Positions 63,675-64,000 of a stretch of 64,000 nt of DNA are shown here, in pieces. This DNA comes from Ramazzottius varieornatus (Eukaryota > Animalia > Tardigrada): assembly GCA_001949185.1 (NCBI GenBank), contig BDGG01000001.1, positions 5,865,591 through 5,929,590 of the forward strand. The letters are read 5' to 3'. The translations under genes and the position numbers were made by a program. Positions within the stretch are counted from its first letter, which is position 1, and the number at the start of each line of letters is the position of its first letter. The notes beneath the pieces were generated by a model, which was given only the letters and a program-made list of their open reading frames with translations, did no database searches and had not been told where the DNA came from.

Positions 63675-64000
63675 ACCCGTCGTCCACCCGGGGGTAATTT
63701 TGCACGCTGTTGCCTATTTCGCTCTATTGTCTTCAACTGTCAGTTCTGACACGCTTTTGTAGGTCACGACATGTGATATCCGCCATCTGTGATTTCTTCT
63801 ATTCCCAATGGATTTTATATTTTGTCAAAATCTCACGTCTTGTAAGACTGAATGATACTTACAGGGTAGTATTAGAAGTACAGTGTCTCCGTTGAGACTG
63901 AACTGTGGCTGGTCGAAACTGCACGGCAACCGCGAAACATTGCCTGCTTGACAATCAAACCCCAGTTCGACAAAGTGAGACATGAACAGCTGGCTCGAGG

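Overview
Eukaryotic (animal) genomic DNA with short GT-AG introns, three N gaps and many DNA transposons. A compact invertebrate such as a tardigrade is my impression only and cannot be established here. Two clusters stand out. (1) At about 12.5-29.5 kb, five consecutive recognisable host genes all act on glycans: a Gal-3-O-sulfotransferase-like gene, a spliced NDP-L-rhamnose synthase whose epimerase/reductase and 4,6-dehydratase domains are fused in the reverse of plant RHM order, a GT31, a GT11 with a remodelled donor motif and a GT32 with an extra C-terminal domain. (2) At about 34-50 kb lies an array of divergent, intron-containing histone H3 variants with long S/P/R-rich tails and C-terminal extensions: two intact genes (one cenH3/CENP-A-like), one pseudogene and one copy split by a 3.2-kb hAT element. 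The right end holds a CAP-ShK-mucin-2x Cys-module gene, a sigma-like GST, ISCA1 and WASHC5 (strumpellin). Mobile DNA includes two intron-containing pogo elements, a hAT element and many MITEs. All gene models were spliced by hand and no database search was run.
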